Shown here: piece after piece, positions 7,583 through 16,062 of the stretch
How the letters are laid out: each line of letters begins with the position of its first letter
Position numbering within the stretch: the first letter of the stretch is position 1
Source: a virus
IMG/VR virus record: IMGVR_UViG_3300031228_000002
Span: 1 to 41,221 of that record
Reading direction: 5' to 3' (one strand)
DNA length: 41,221 nt
Notes under the pieces: generated by a model
Seen by the model: only the letters and a program-made list of their open reading frames with translations
What the model was told of the DNA's origin: nothing
The model's database searches: none
Translations under genes and position numbers: made by a program

Positions 7583-8119
7583 ATGCGCGCCCGTATCGCC
7601 ATCACCACCGTCGCCGTGCTCTTCGGCACGCTCACCGCCTGCGGAAGCGGAGACACCAGCAACCCCGCCCCGAAAGACGACACGCCGAAGGCGTCCGCCA
7701 CTCCCACAGGGGAGAGGCAGACCGGGGCCCTCGACGCCGAGGCCGTCGCCACAGAGCTTCAGAAGACGGTCCCGAGCCTGAAGGTGACCGTCGTCTACAC
7801 GGAAGCATCGGACCCGAACCACCAGCTCGGCCGCCCCGGCGGCTACACCAGCAAGGTCACATTCTCCGACTCCCGGATCCCGGCCAAGGAAGTCGAGTTC
7901 ACGGACGAGCACGACCTGACGCGGGGCGGGAGCGTCGAGGTGTTCGACACCGCAGCCGCGGCGGAGAAGCGCGCGGCGTACATCCGCAAGATCGGCGAGT
8001 CCATGCCGACGTTCGCCGAGTACGACTATGTGCAGGGCCCGGTGCTGCTGCGCGTCTCCAAGATCCTGACGCCCACGCAGGCGAAGGAGTACGAGCAGGC
8101 ACTCGCCGAGCTGAGCTGA
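7583..8119 (+). CDS. Secreted lipoprotein (178 aa)
   Basis: ATG 7583 follows GAGGGGGG. Signal peptide MRARIAITTVAVLFGTLTAC has an LTAC lipobox. Confidence 0.75.
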   Translation: MRARIAITTVAVLFGTLTACGSGDTSNPAPKDDTPKASATPTGERQTGALDAEAVATELQKTVPSLKVTVVYTEASDPNHQLGRPGGYTSKVTFSDSRIPAKEVEFTDEHDLTRGGSVEVFDTAAAAEKRAAYIRKIGESMPTFAEYDYVQGPVLLRVSKILTPTQAKEYEQALAELS

Positions 8120-8134
8120 GCCGGAACCACGACA

Positions 8135-8176
8135 GCGGCCCCGCCGCCCGGCGCACTGCCCGGGAAGCGGGGCCGC
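8135..8176. terminator. Bidirectional terminator between the lipoprotein gene and the holin gene
   Basis: 10-bp stem gcggccccgc / gcggggccgc with a 22-nt loop, between convergent stops at 8119 and 8182. Confidence 0.5.
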
Positions 8177-8181
8177 GGGCG

Positions 8182-8397
8182 TCAGGTCCCCAGACCGGCG
8201 CCGTCGGTCTGCCCTGTGCCCCGAGCGGCCAGCCCCTTCAGCAGCGACAGGACCGCCGCGGAGCCAGCCACCGTGAGCGCGGCGCCCCACTCGAACGTGA
8301 TGACGTTGAACGGCTCGGCGGCCACTGCCAGTGCGGCAAGCGTGGCCAGGAACGTCATGCCGACGCGCTCTCCAAGGTCCTTCAGGTACTCGCTCAT
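8182..8397 (-). CDS. Holin, r1t-like (71 aa)
   Basis: MSEYLKDLGERVGMTFLATLAALAVAAEPFNVITFEWGAALTVAGSAAVLSLLKGLA matches the actinophage r1t-holin pattern. Only the last 71 codons of the 274-aa track ORF are used. Confidence 0.7.
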   Translation of the reverse strand: MSEYLKDLGERVGMTFLATLAALAVAAEPFNVITFEWGAALTVAGSAAVLSLLKGLAARGTGQTDGAGLGT

Positions 8398-8405
8398 CTC
8401 TGCTC

Positions 8406-8999
8406 CTAGCTGGGGGTCATGCGGATGCCGGTGAGGGCCCGGGTGTTGAGCCACACCTTGGGGATGTCGGCCCCGTTGTTCGAGAACACCCGGGCGGCGA
8501 GTTGTACGTAGTCCGTGGTCCCGTTCATGAACCGGCCGCCGGCGGCCACCGTCTCTGTCGAGACGTCCGCCACGGGGATGTCGTCGTTGAACGAGTCGCG
8601 GCCCAGCAGGGTGGTGTTGTTCGCCCATATCTCCACGTGCCGGCCCTGCGGGTACGGGGAGGTGAGGCCGACTACGGGCCATGCCAGGGACGCGTTGAAC
8701 AGCCAGAACCCTGGCTCGCGTGGGTAGAACCGGGTGCCCGACAGTTCCACTGCGGCGTTGGTGTTGATCTGGAAGCCGTCGTCCAGGATCAGGTAGATGC
8801 CGGATCCGCTGGGCCACGTGTTGAGGTAGGTCGGTGACGAGACGCGCCAGGCTTTCGCGACGGACCGGGTGGTGATGCGGTCGTACTGGAACTGGACGTC
8901 GGTGTCGACCGCCAGGGCCAGGTCTTCCAGTGCCTGCGGTACGTCGGCGGGGTCCGCCGGGTTGGGCCAGGGGTAGTTGCGGTTCGGTGTGACGCCCAT
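8406..8999 (-). CDS. Tail fibre / receptor-binding protein, paralogue 3 (197 aa)
   Basis: N-terminus MGVTPNRNYPWPNPADPADVPQALEDLALAVDTDV is shared with 9142-9720 and 10443-11000. RBS AGGAGAGGTGA. Confidence 0.65.
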   Translation of the reverse strand: MGVTPNRNYPWPNPADPADVPQALEDLALAVDTDVQFQYDRITTRSVAKAWRVSSPTYLNTWPSGSGIYLILDDGFQINTNAAVELSGTRFYPREPGFWLFNASLAWPVVGLTSPYPQGRHVEIWANNTTLLGRDSFNDDIPVADVSTETVAAGGRFMNGTTDYVQLAARVFSNNGADIPKVWLNTRALTGIRMTPS

Positions 9000-9002
9000 G
9001 GC

Positions 9003-9131
9003 TCACCTCTCCTGTGGGATGCCCTCGCCCGGAGGGATGATCGTCTCCGGGTCCGGATAGGGGGGCGGCGACGGGGGCCCGTCGTCCGGCGCGGGATCGA
9101 TGGGGACCGGTTCGAAGTTCTGTTCGGGCAT
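9003..9131 (-). CDS. Proline-rich micro-ORF (42 aa) between fibre genes
   Basis: Not in the track (<60 aa). GGGGGAAACAG precedes the ATG. Sequence MPEQNFEPVPIDPAPDDGPPSPPPYPDPETIIPPGEGIPQER. GC3 is high and it fills the gap exactly. Confidence 0.4.
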   Translation of the reverse strand: MPEQNFEPVPIDPAPDDGPPSPPPYPDPETIIPPGEGIPQER

Positions 9132-9141
9132 CTGTTTCCCC

Positions 9142-9720
9142 CTAGAGCGGCAGCAGCCGGCTGATACGGCTGACGTTGAGCCGGGAGTTGAAGATGTTCA
9201 GGCTGGCGGCCGCATCGTGGGTGACGCGCACGGTTACGGTCTCGCCCCCCGCGATGACGATGTGCGGGACGATCAGCGAGAAGTACGTGACGGACTGCTG
9301 GTCCAGCGTCAGGCTCTTGGACGTGGGGATGGGGGCCGAAATTCCGTCCGACACGAACTCCAGGATCGCTTCCCGCGGGGTCGCGTCCGACGTGAAGCCG
9401 ATACCGACCGAGCACGTCAGCCAGTAGATCCCGGTGTCCTGGAAGACGATCTCCTCGGGGGCGATGGGCTCCCAGTACGCGTTGTTGTCGTACAGCTCGT
9501 CCGTCCACGTAACCAGCGTCGGAGTGAGCGGCGCTACGGCTTGGTTCGAGGAGCGGGAGAGGGAGACCGTGGGCGCGTTCAACGCCAGGGAGAACGCCCC
9601 GTTGATCGTCGCCACGTCGGCATCGACATCGGTCGCCAGATCCTCAACGGCCTGCCGAACGTCCTGAGCGTCGGGGTATTCCGGGTAGCGGTAGCCCCGG
9701 TTGGGCGTAGTGCCTGGCAT
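9142..9720 (-). CDS. Tail fibre / receptor-binding protein, paralogue 2 (192 aa)
   Basis: N-terminus MPGTTPNRGYRYPEYPDAQDVRQAVEDLATDVDADV. The C-terminus has a jelly-roll-like G(I/F)Y pattern. Confidence 0.65.
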   Translation of the reverse strand: MPGTTPNRGYRYPEYPDAQDVRQAVEDLATDVDADVATINGAFSLALNAPTVSLSRSSNQAVAPLTPTLVTWTDELYDNNAYWEPIAPEEIVFQDTGIYWLTCSVGIGFTSDATPREAILEFVSDGISAPIPTSKSLTLDQQSVTYFSLIVPHIVIAGGETVTVRVTHDAAASLNIFNSRLNVSRISRLLPL

Positions 9721-10446
9721 TCATGTCACCTCTCTGGCAACCACAAGATCGTATCCGAGGGTGCCCGCCGGACTCAGGACGGACCGCAACCCGACCCGCA
9801 TGTAGCCGGTGACCGGCGCGGTGACGGTCCCGGACAGGGTGGACAGCGGCGGCCGGAACGGCACGTTCGCGATGGAAGCGATCACCGTGTCCGGGCTGCT
9901 CGTCGTCGGGTACAGGTCGGTGCTGTTGGCGAACCACAGCCCGAGCAGCTCGGCATCCGCATCGGGCGTGACGCCCGGCTCGTAGGTGCCCCACGTGTAG
10001 GCGGACACCGAGTACTCCTGACCCGCGATCACAGGGAACGAGTTGGAGTAGACGATGCTGGTCGCGGTCGCGTCCGTCGTCTGCACTTCGAGGTAGAAGT
10101 CCCCGTCCACCGCAAGAGTGGTCGGCCCCGGGACGAGGGCCGCCGTGACCCCGGCCGCCTGGTACACGGTCCAGCCGGTCAACCCGTCCTCGAACGACGG
10201 GTTGAGGAGCTCGTTCGGACCGACGCCGGCGATCGCCCCGAGCGCGAGCCACGAGCCGCCTTGCTCGAGCAGCGCCACCAAGTCTCCCTCCACGATGTCC
10301 GCCCCGCGCAGGAAGGAAGCAGGGATCGACGTCCCCGCCACGTCCACGGTGAGGCTGTTCGGGGAGGCCGCAGTCACCGTGCCGGTGCGGATGCGGGCGC
10401 GCGGTCCGTCCTCACGGTCCAGTACCAGGGTTCGGAGCTGGTTCAT
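9721..10446 (-). CDS. Tail fibre protein with carbohydrate-binding-module-like domain (241 aa)
   Basis: ATG 10446 is in an ATGA overlap. NPSFEDGLTGWTVY is a CBM4/9-like start. The longer 349-aa track ORF was rejected. Confidence 0.6.
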   Translation of the reverse strand: MNQLRTLVLDREDGPRARIRTGTVTAASPNSLTVDVAGTSIPASFLRGADIVEGDLVALLEQGGSWLALGAIAGVGPNELLNPSFEDGLTGWTVYQAAGVTAALVPGPTTLAVDGDFYLEVQTTDATATSIVYSNSFPVIAGQEYSVSAYTWGTYEPGVTPDADAELLGLWFANSTDLYPTTSSPDTVIASIANVPFRPPLSTLSGTVTAPVTGYMRVGLRSVLSPAGTLGYDLVVAREVT

Positions 10447-11000
10447 GAGCGCGCCAGTTGGGCGACGTGCAGGTTGGACTGGTAGGTGGCCGATGCTCCG
10501 AGGGAGTTCCGCACCCGGGAGGTGAGCTGGTCGCCCTCGGTGAGGAACAGGTTCACGTTGTGGGTGGCGGCCTGGAGGGCGACCCCGGTCACGGCTGCGG
10601 AGTAGCCGCCCCACGTGCCCCGGTCGATGCCGTTGACGACCAGCTTCGTGCGGATGTCCGCGTTCGTGGCGCTGTTGCAGGCCGCCCAGATACACACCTG
10701 GTAGAAGCCTGTCTCCGGAATGACGATGGCGCCCAGCGTCGCGTCGTTCATGCCGACGCGGGTCTGCCACGAGTTCGTGGTGTAGGTGACGGTGAACTCG
10801 GCGGCCGCGGTGACCAGCCCGGACATTCGCATCTTGGAGCCGACCGGGTACAGCAGCGGCAGCGACTCAACGGTCAGGTTCTCTACGTCGGCATCGATCG
10901 CGTTCGCGAGATCGCGAATCTGGATGATGTCGGACGCGTCCTTCACCAGCGGAGGATCACACTCGGGGTACGGGTACTCCCGCAGAGGGGTTGTCTTCAC
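10443..11000 (-). CDS. Tail fibre / receptor-binding protein, paralogue 1 (185 aa)
   Basis: GTG 11000 follows GGAGGA. N-terminus KTTPLREYPYPECDPPLVKDASDIIQIRDLANAIDADV. Confidence 0.65.
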   Translation of the reverse strand: MKTTPLREYPYPECDPPLVKDASDIIQIRDLANAIDADVENLTVESLPLLYPVGSKMRMSGLVTAAAEFTVTYTTNSWQTRVGMNDATLGAIVIPETGFYQVCIWAACNSATNADIRTKLVVNGIDRGTWGGYSAAVTGVALQAATHNVNLFLTEGDQLTSRVRNSLGASATYQSNLHVAQLARS

Positions 11001-11003
11001 AGG

Positions 11004-12143
11004 TCAGTCCTCCACCATCTGCGGTACGGGAAGCGACGAGACGCCGCGGGAGACAAAGCTTTGAGGCGCGTCGACCACCAGCGGATACGTCAGCGTGTCG
11101 AGCACCTGGTTCTCTGTGAGGCCCTTGCAGGTGAGGCGCACGCAGTCGGACGGTTCCAGCGCATAGTCCGTGACCATCGTTCCGGACCACTGGGACACGA
11201 GCGCCACGCCGGCACGCAGCAGGGCGTCCGCATAGTCCGTCGCCTGCCCCTGCGTGAGAGGCGTCTGGACGCTCACCACCCGGGCCACCCGGCCGAACCG
11301 GCCGCCGAACCGGGTGGGCGACGAGCTGCCCGTGTCGCGCCGGGTGACGCGCACCGGGGGTGAGCCGTCGAACCGTTCGGAGATGACCGTCACCGAGTTC
11401 GCCACCCCGTCCCGGGACCGGTCCTGCGTGGCCGCGGTGAGCAGCCCGCGGGGACCGTCGCTGATGTCGAGCAGCGGCGCAACACCCTCGTACGCGTACG
11501 CCCGCACGGTGAACTCCCCGGTACCGAGGCAGTACCAGCGGGCGCCCAGGACCGCCGCCAAATCGTCCAGCGCCTGCCCCCGGTCCTCGTTGAACACGAG
11601 CTCGGACGGCACCGGCTGGTCGGGCGGCGCCAGCGTGAGATCGAACGTGGCCTGCGGGACCGCCTCCGAGATGATCGCCCGTATCTCGGTCAGGACAGAC
11701 CCGGGATTTTTCACCGTCCACGGCTGCTCGAACGGATACCCCAGGACGTCGGCCGCCAAGTCGTCCGCCTCTGCCGTGCACGTCGTGTCCTCGTTGCGGG
11801 TGACGTTCTGAACGCGCCCCTTGAACAGCGGGAACGTCTCCTCCGTCCCGTTGCCGTAGCGGATGCCGGCCCGGACGGAGAGGACCGCCGTGGACTCGGA
11901 CAGGGGGTCCGCCGCGGTGCGGGGGTAGAAGTCTCCGGGCAGCTCGAGGCGGAGACGTCGGGTCACCCTCGACTGAATGACCGCGCTCACGCTGCCCGTG
12001 GTGAGCGGGAGCGGGAGAACGGCCGGCGTTCCCTCCGGGGTGAGCGTCAGCGGGTTGCCGTCGATGTCCGTCGAGGTGACGTAGGCGACCACCTGATGGG
12101 GGCCGGTCAGCGCCTGCGCGTACTGCGCGCTACGAGTGAGCAT
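11004..12143 (-). CDS. Minor tail / baseplate hub-like protein (379 aa, DUF5047-like)
   Basis: Position in the tail-tip module and size. The family name is recalled from memory, not verified. Confidence 0.55.
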   Translation of the reverse strand: MLTRSAQYAQALTGPHQVVAYVTSTDIDGNPLTLTPEGTPAVLPLPLTTGSVSAVIQSRVTRRLRLELPGDFYPRTAADPLSESTAVLSVRAGIRYGNGTEETFPLFKGRVQNVTRNEDTTCTAEADDLAADVLGYPFEQPWTVKNPGSVLTEIRAIISEAVPQATFDLTLAPPDQPVPSELVFNEDRGQALDDLAAVLGARWYCLGTGEFTVRAYAYEGVAPLLDISDGPRGLLTAATQDRSRDGVANSVTVISERFDGSPPVRVTRRDTGSSSPTRFGGRFGRVARVVSVQTPLTQGQATDYADALLRAGVALVSQWSGTMVTDYALEPSDCVRLTCKGLTENQVLDTLTYPLVVDAPQSFVSRGVSSLPVPQMVED

Positions 12144-12793
12144 CAGAGAAGGACCGCTACCCAGTTGGTGCCGCTCAGGGTGCGGGCGGACATGGTCACC
12201 GGGGTGGGGAGCGCGGTCAGGCCGGCCCCGGATGTGGCGCTGCGCGCCGTGGTCACCGTCAGTCCGACGTTCAGGATCTCAGGGGCCGGTGCCCAGGACA
12301 GGTACCTGCCGAGGGTCGGGGCCGTGGTCCCGTTGGCCAGGAACGCCACCCAGTAGGCCCCGGCGGGCACCAGCACGGGGGTGGACCAGTTTGCCTGCCT
12401 GAATGCGGCCCCTCCGAAGTTGGCGGTCTGGTCTGCGGTCGATCGCAGTAGCGCCCCTGAACTGTCGTACAGACCGATGAAGTTTTGGCCGGCGGTGAGG
12501 CCCGACCCGGCGGCGGTCACGAGGTAGGCGACCGATGTCAGCGTCACCTCCTCTCGGATCATGAGGCGGATCATGTGCAGGATGCCGGTGGTCGGGGCCG
12601 CGGTGCTCATGCTGTGGCCCGGGTCGCCGGTCCACGCGATCGCATTGTGGTCGGCCGGAACGGTCTCCCCGATCGCGGGCGTGGCGGCGAGTTGCTCCTC
12701 TGCCGTGGTGAGCCGGGTGTCTTGGTCGGTGAAGGCAGCGTTCACGGGGACGTGCCACAGGGGGGTGCCGAACGGGATGGGTGTGTACGTCAT
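12143..12793 (-). CDS. Minor tail protein (216 aa)
   Basis: ORF track. 1-nt overlap with the next start. Lies in the tail-tip module. Confidence 0.6.
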   Translation of the reverse strand: MTYTPIPFGTPLWHVPVNAAFTDQDTRLTTAEEQLAATPAIGETVPADHNAIAWTGDPGHSMSTAAPTTGILHMIRLMIREEVTLTSVAYLVTAAGSGLTAGQNFIGLYDSSGALLRSTADQTANFGGAAFRQANWSTPVLVPAGAYWVAFLANGTTAPTLGRYLSWAPAPEILNVGLTVTTARSATSGAGLTALPTPVTMSARTLSGTNWVAVLL

Positions 12794-12795
12794 GA

Positions 12796-13641
12796 TCAGT
12801 CTCCAAATCCGCCTTCGCCGAAGCCACCTTCACCGAAGCCGGACTCACCGGGCGGGTCGGTGGTGGTGCAGTCGGCCAAGTCTTGATAGGTGCCGCCCGC
12901 TGCCGTCAGATCCGCGAAGGTGGGGAACACCTCTTGGACGTAGCACCAGGTCCCGCACGCGGTCCCCTGCTTCGGCCCGAGCGGCGCGTCCACAGTGACG
13001 TACGGGACGGTCCACAGCCGGTACGGCCGGCGCTGGTCCTGACTGATGTAGTCCCGGGGGATGTCGACCGGCTGGATCACGATGTCCACCTGGTCGTAGA
13101 CCAGCGGCAATTGCAGGAACAGCGGGCCCCCGGCGGTGATCAGCTCGTAGAACGCGAGATGCGCCGCCGGCGTGCGGGTCAGGACCCGGAAGGAGCCCTG
13201 ATGGTTCTTCCGCCGGTCGTACAGCGACGCGGCCGTCTCCGACCCGGCGATCGTGGGCGTGACCGCGTCCACGTTGTAGACGAGCTGGCCGAAGCCCAGC
13301 CACACCGTGGCCGGGTCGCCCTCTTCGCACGGCGCCGTGGGTGTCTCGCACGTCCCGGCCTCCACGTCCGCCCACGGGCGCAGCGGATCCCGGATCCACA
13401 CGTTGTCGATCGTGGTCTGGAACGGCCCAAGTTCGATCTCCGCCGTGTCCGGGGCCCCGTCCGCCCGGTAGTACACGTCCACGAAGTTGGGTGCCGTGGT
13501 GTCGTTGTAGACCGCCTGTTCACCCAGGAGCGGCACGTTCTGCAAGAACTCCCACGGACCTCCGGGGTCCAACGCTCGGTACAGGTTGGCGGAGGTCTGC
13601 GTCCCCGCCTCTCCGGTGAAATCCAGGAAGACTGTGATCAT
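12796..13641 (-). CDS. Distal tail protein-like minor tail protein (281 aa)
   Basis: ATG 13641 is in an ATGA overlap with the tape-measure stop. C-terminal repeat GESGFGEGGFGEGGFGD. Confidence 0.6.
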   Translation of the reverse strand: MITVFLDFTGEAGTQTSANLYRALDPGGPWEFLQNVPLLGEQAVYNDTTAPNFVDVYYRADGAPDTAEIELGPFQTTIDNVWIRDPLRPWADVEAGTCETPTAPCEEGDPATVWLGFGQLVYNVDAVTPTIAGSETAASLYDRRKNHQGSFRVLTRTPAAHLAFYELITAGGPLFLQLPLVYDQVDIVIQPVDIPRDYISQDQRRPYRLWTVPYVTVDAPLGPKQGTACGTWCYVQEVFPTFADLTAAGGTYQDLADCTTTDPPGESGFGEGGFGEGGFGD

Positions 13642-16058
13642 CAGTATCGCCACCCTTGCGCGCGGTCGCGCAGCACGCTGCGGTTCTCGCTCCGGACCCG
13701 GTAGTCAATGCGCTCGTCGAGACGCTGAGCCCCGATGAACACCTGGATCGGTGTGGGCGCATCCCCCGCAGGCGCGAGACGGAAGGAACCCATCCCGCCG
13801 GGTGCCGTGGCGTCCGCCAGAGCGGCCGTACGGGGGACGCTGCGAGCCATGGCGGCCACGGCATCGGTGAGGTCCGGCACGGTGGCCTTGATGCCCACGA
13901 TGAAGCCCTCCACCGTGTTCCGCCCGAGCTCCGCCATGACCCGGGACGGAGAGAAGATGTCGAGCACCCCGGCCGCCTTGTCCCGGATGGAATTAGCCAT
14001 GCCCGACACGGTGGACAGCAGGTCCCCCAGCCTGGATGTGATGCCGTCGATGAGGCCGCTGACGATGTTCCGGCCGGTTGAGTACAGCAGGTTGCGAGCG
14101 TTGACCAAAGTCCTGAGGATGCGGCCCGGCATGTCGGTGAAGACACTGATCACATTCCCGATCGACGTGCGGATCCGACCGGCAAGGTTGCCCACCTCGT
14201 TGATGAAACGAGTCACCCAGCGGATGGCCAGCCCGATGTTGTCCGCGATGTTTCTCCGGAAGTCGTTGAACTTCCTGAGGATCTCCCCGATCTTGGCCGC
14301 TGTCTCACGGGACATGGCGGCGATTCCCTTGACGTACTGAGAGTTCATGATCTCGGAGATCTTCCGGACCACCGGAATGACGATGTTCTGAAGGATGAAG
14401 TGCATCGCCTTCAGCGCCACGATCAGGACCTGAATAGCGGCCTTGGCAAATTCAATGGCGAAAGGCATCTGCTCACGGAAGATGACTGCCAGGTCCAGCA
14501 GGACCGGCCCCAGCTCCCTCAGGAGAGGGAGCAGCTCGGGCCCTATCTCGTTGATGAAGTCCCGGACGGGGGGACCGAGTTCCTCGATCACGGGGGCGAG
14601 CTGGACGAACGCCTCCTTCAGCAGAGGCAGCACGTTGTCCACGAGGTCCCCGGCGGTCTCCACCAGTTCCCGCAGAATAGTCTGGAACGCTTCCGACGCA
14701 GTCAGCCGCTCAAAGGCTGCGGACAAATCCTCCAGAATGAAAAACAGTGACCCGGCCTCGTCCGTCACGCCGCCGATAATGTTCTTGATGCCGCCGAAGA
14801 TGTTGCCGACGATCCGCCCGAGCTGCTGAACGATGTCAGCCGCCCCGTCGATATCCTTCTCCAACTCCCCCGTCTCGAAAGCCGTGTTCAAGCGCTCCGT
14901 CATCCGGTCGAATACACCGGCAACCTTCTCGGCGAACCGCTCCAACAACGGGCCGCCGGCTGCGGCGAGGAGACCCAGCGAAGCCACGATCTGCGCCGGT
15001 ATCCGCTCCATCGACTGGAGCGCGCGGGTGGCGTGGTCGATGGCCTTCCCCAGGATGCCCCGCTCGCCCAACTCGGCGGCCGTGGCGCCCGCTTCCTTTC
15101 CCGCGCGGTTGAAGCTGTCCGCCGTCGCATTCAAACCACGTCGCAGGTCCGGCATGACCGCATCCGTAAGCCGGTCCAGCGTGTCGGCGAACCCGTCGAA
15201 GAACCGCTGCTGCACCCCCTGCTGAAGCTTCCGCAGCTCCCCCCGCATCCCCCGGAGCTCCTCGACGAACTCCCGCGCGTTCGGGGCCAACCGCTTGAGC
15301 GACGCCTCGAGGTCCTCAGGCTTGACATCCGGGTCGAACGCATTCTCAATGGCGTCGCCCACACCAACCATGGCCAACTTGACCGTCCCGGCCGCCAGCC
15401 CCAGCGCCAGCATTCCGGTCACGGCCGCGGCGCCGGCGGGCGCCATGTTCTGGAGCGCCCCCACGATGCCCGCCAGGACGGGGATGACCGCGGCACCGGC
15501 CACGCCCAGCGCGCCGACCGTACCGACCAGCTTCCCGACGGAGCCGACCACACGCCCAACCGTGCTGCCCAGCCTGCCCAGGATGCCTGTGAGGCGCGTA
15601 GCGGAACGCTCTCCGTCCCGGTCGGGGTCGATCCGCGCAGGGACGACGACCGGGCGGGCAGAGTCGCTCAGATCGTCCGTCATCCGGGTCAGGTCCCGGC
15701 GGATGTTCCGCAACGAGTTCGCGCGGGCCAGCACCGCGGACACGTCGATGTCGGGAGACCCGGACTGCACCTGCGTGACGACGTCGTCCAGCGTCCGCCG
15801 GACCTGGTTGAGTGACTGGAGCTGGTTCAGGACCGCGGTCACGTCGACATCGTCGGCGCCCGCCTCGGCACGCCGGACCAGGGTGTTGAGCTGAGCCGTG
15901 ATCCGGGTGACCGCGCCCTGGGTCTGCATCACCGCGTTGACGTCAACGTCGTCCGCGTTGTTCTGCGCGGTCGTGATGATGCGGTTCAGGTCGCGTTCCA
16001 GTTCGGGGAGCGCGCCGGCCGCATTGATCAGGAGGTCGACTTCTGCTTGGTTGGCCAC
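13641..16058 (-). CDS. Tape measure protein (805 aa)
   Basis: Largest tail gene, with coiled-coil and Gly/Ala-rich TM-like segments. GTG start follows GAGGTGAGGG. It follows the chaperone pair. Confidence 0.85.
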   Translation of the reverse strand: MANQAEVDLLINAAGALPELERDLNRIITTAQNNADDVDVNAVMQTQGAVTRITAQLNTLVRRAEAGADDVDVTAVLNQLQSLNQVRRTLDDVVTQVQSGSPDIDVSAVLARANSLRNIRRDLTRMTDDLSDSARPVVVPARIDPDRDGERSATRLTGILGRLGSTVGRVVGSVGKLVGTVGALGVAGAAVIPVLAGIVGALQNMAPAGAAAVTGMLALGLAAGTVKLAMVGVGDAIENAFDPDVKPEDLEASLKRLAPNAREFVEELRGMRGELRKLQQGVQQRFFDGFADTLDRLTDAVMPDLRRGLNATADSFNRAGKEAGATAAELGERGILGKAIDHATRALQSMERIPAQIVASLGLLAAAGGPLLERFAEKVAGVFDRMTERLNTAFETGELEKDIDGAADIVQQLGRIVGNIFGGIKNIIGGVTDEAGSLFFILEDLSAAFERLTASEAFQTILRELVETAGDLVDNVLPLLKEAFVQLAPVIEELGPPVRDFINEIGPELLPLLRELGPVLLDLAVIFREQMPFAIEFAKAAIQVLIVALKAMHFILQNIVIPVVRKISEIMNSQYVKGIAAMSRETAAKIGEILRKFNDFRRNIADNIGLAIRWVTRFINEVGNLAGRIRTSIGNVISVFTDMPGRILRTLVNARNLLYSTGRNIVSGLIDGITSRLGDLLSTVSGMANSIRDKAAGVLDIFSPSRVMAELGRNTVEGFIVGIKATVPDLTDAVAAMARSVPRTAALADATAPGGMGSFRLAPAGDAPTPIQVFIGAQRLDERIDYRVRSENRSVLRDRAQGWRY

Positions 16059-16062
16059 GCCC

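Noticed and set aside
8182-9006. 274-aa minus-strand ORF from the track
   Set aside because: It is a chimeric open frame. The upstream part is an out-of-frame overlap of the fibre gene 8406-8999 with Arg/Pro-rich translation. Only the last 71 codons (the holin), with their own ATG, are credible.
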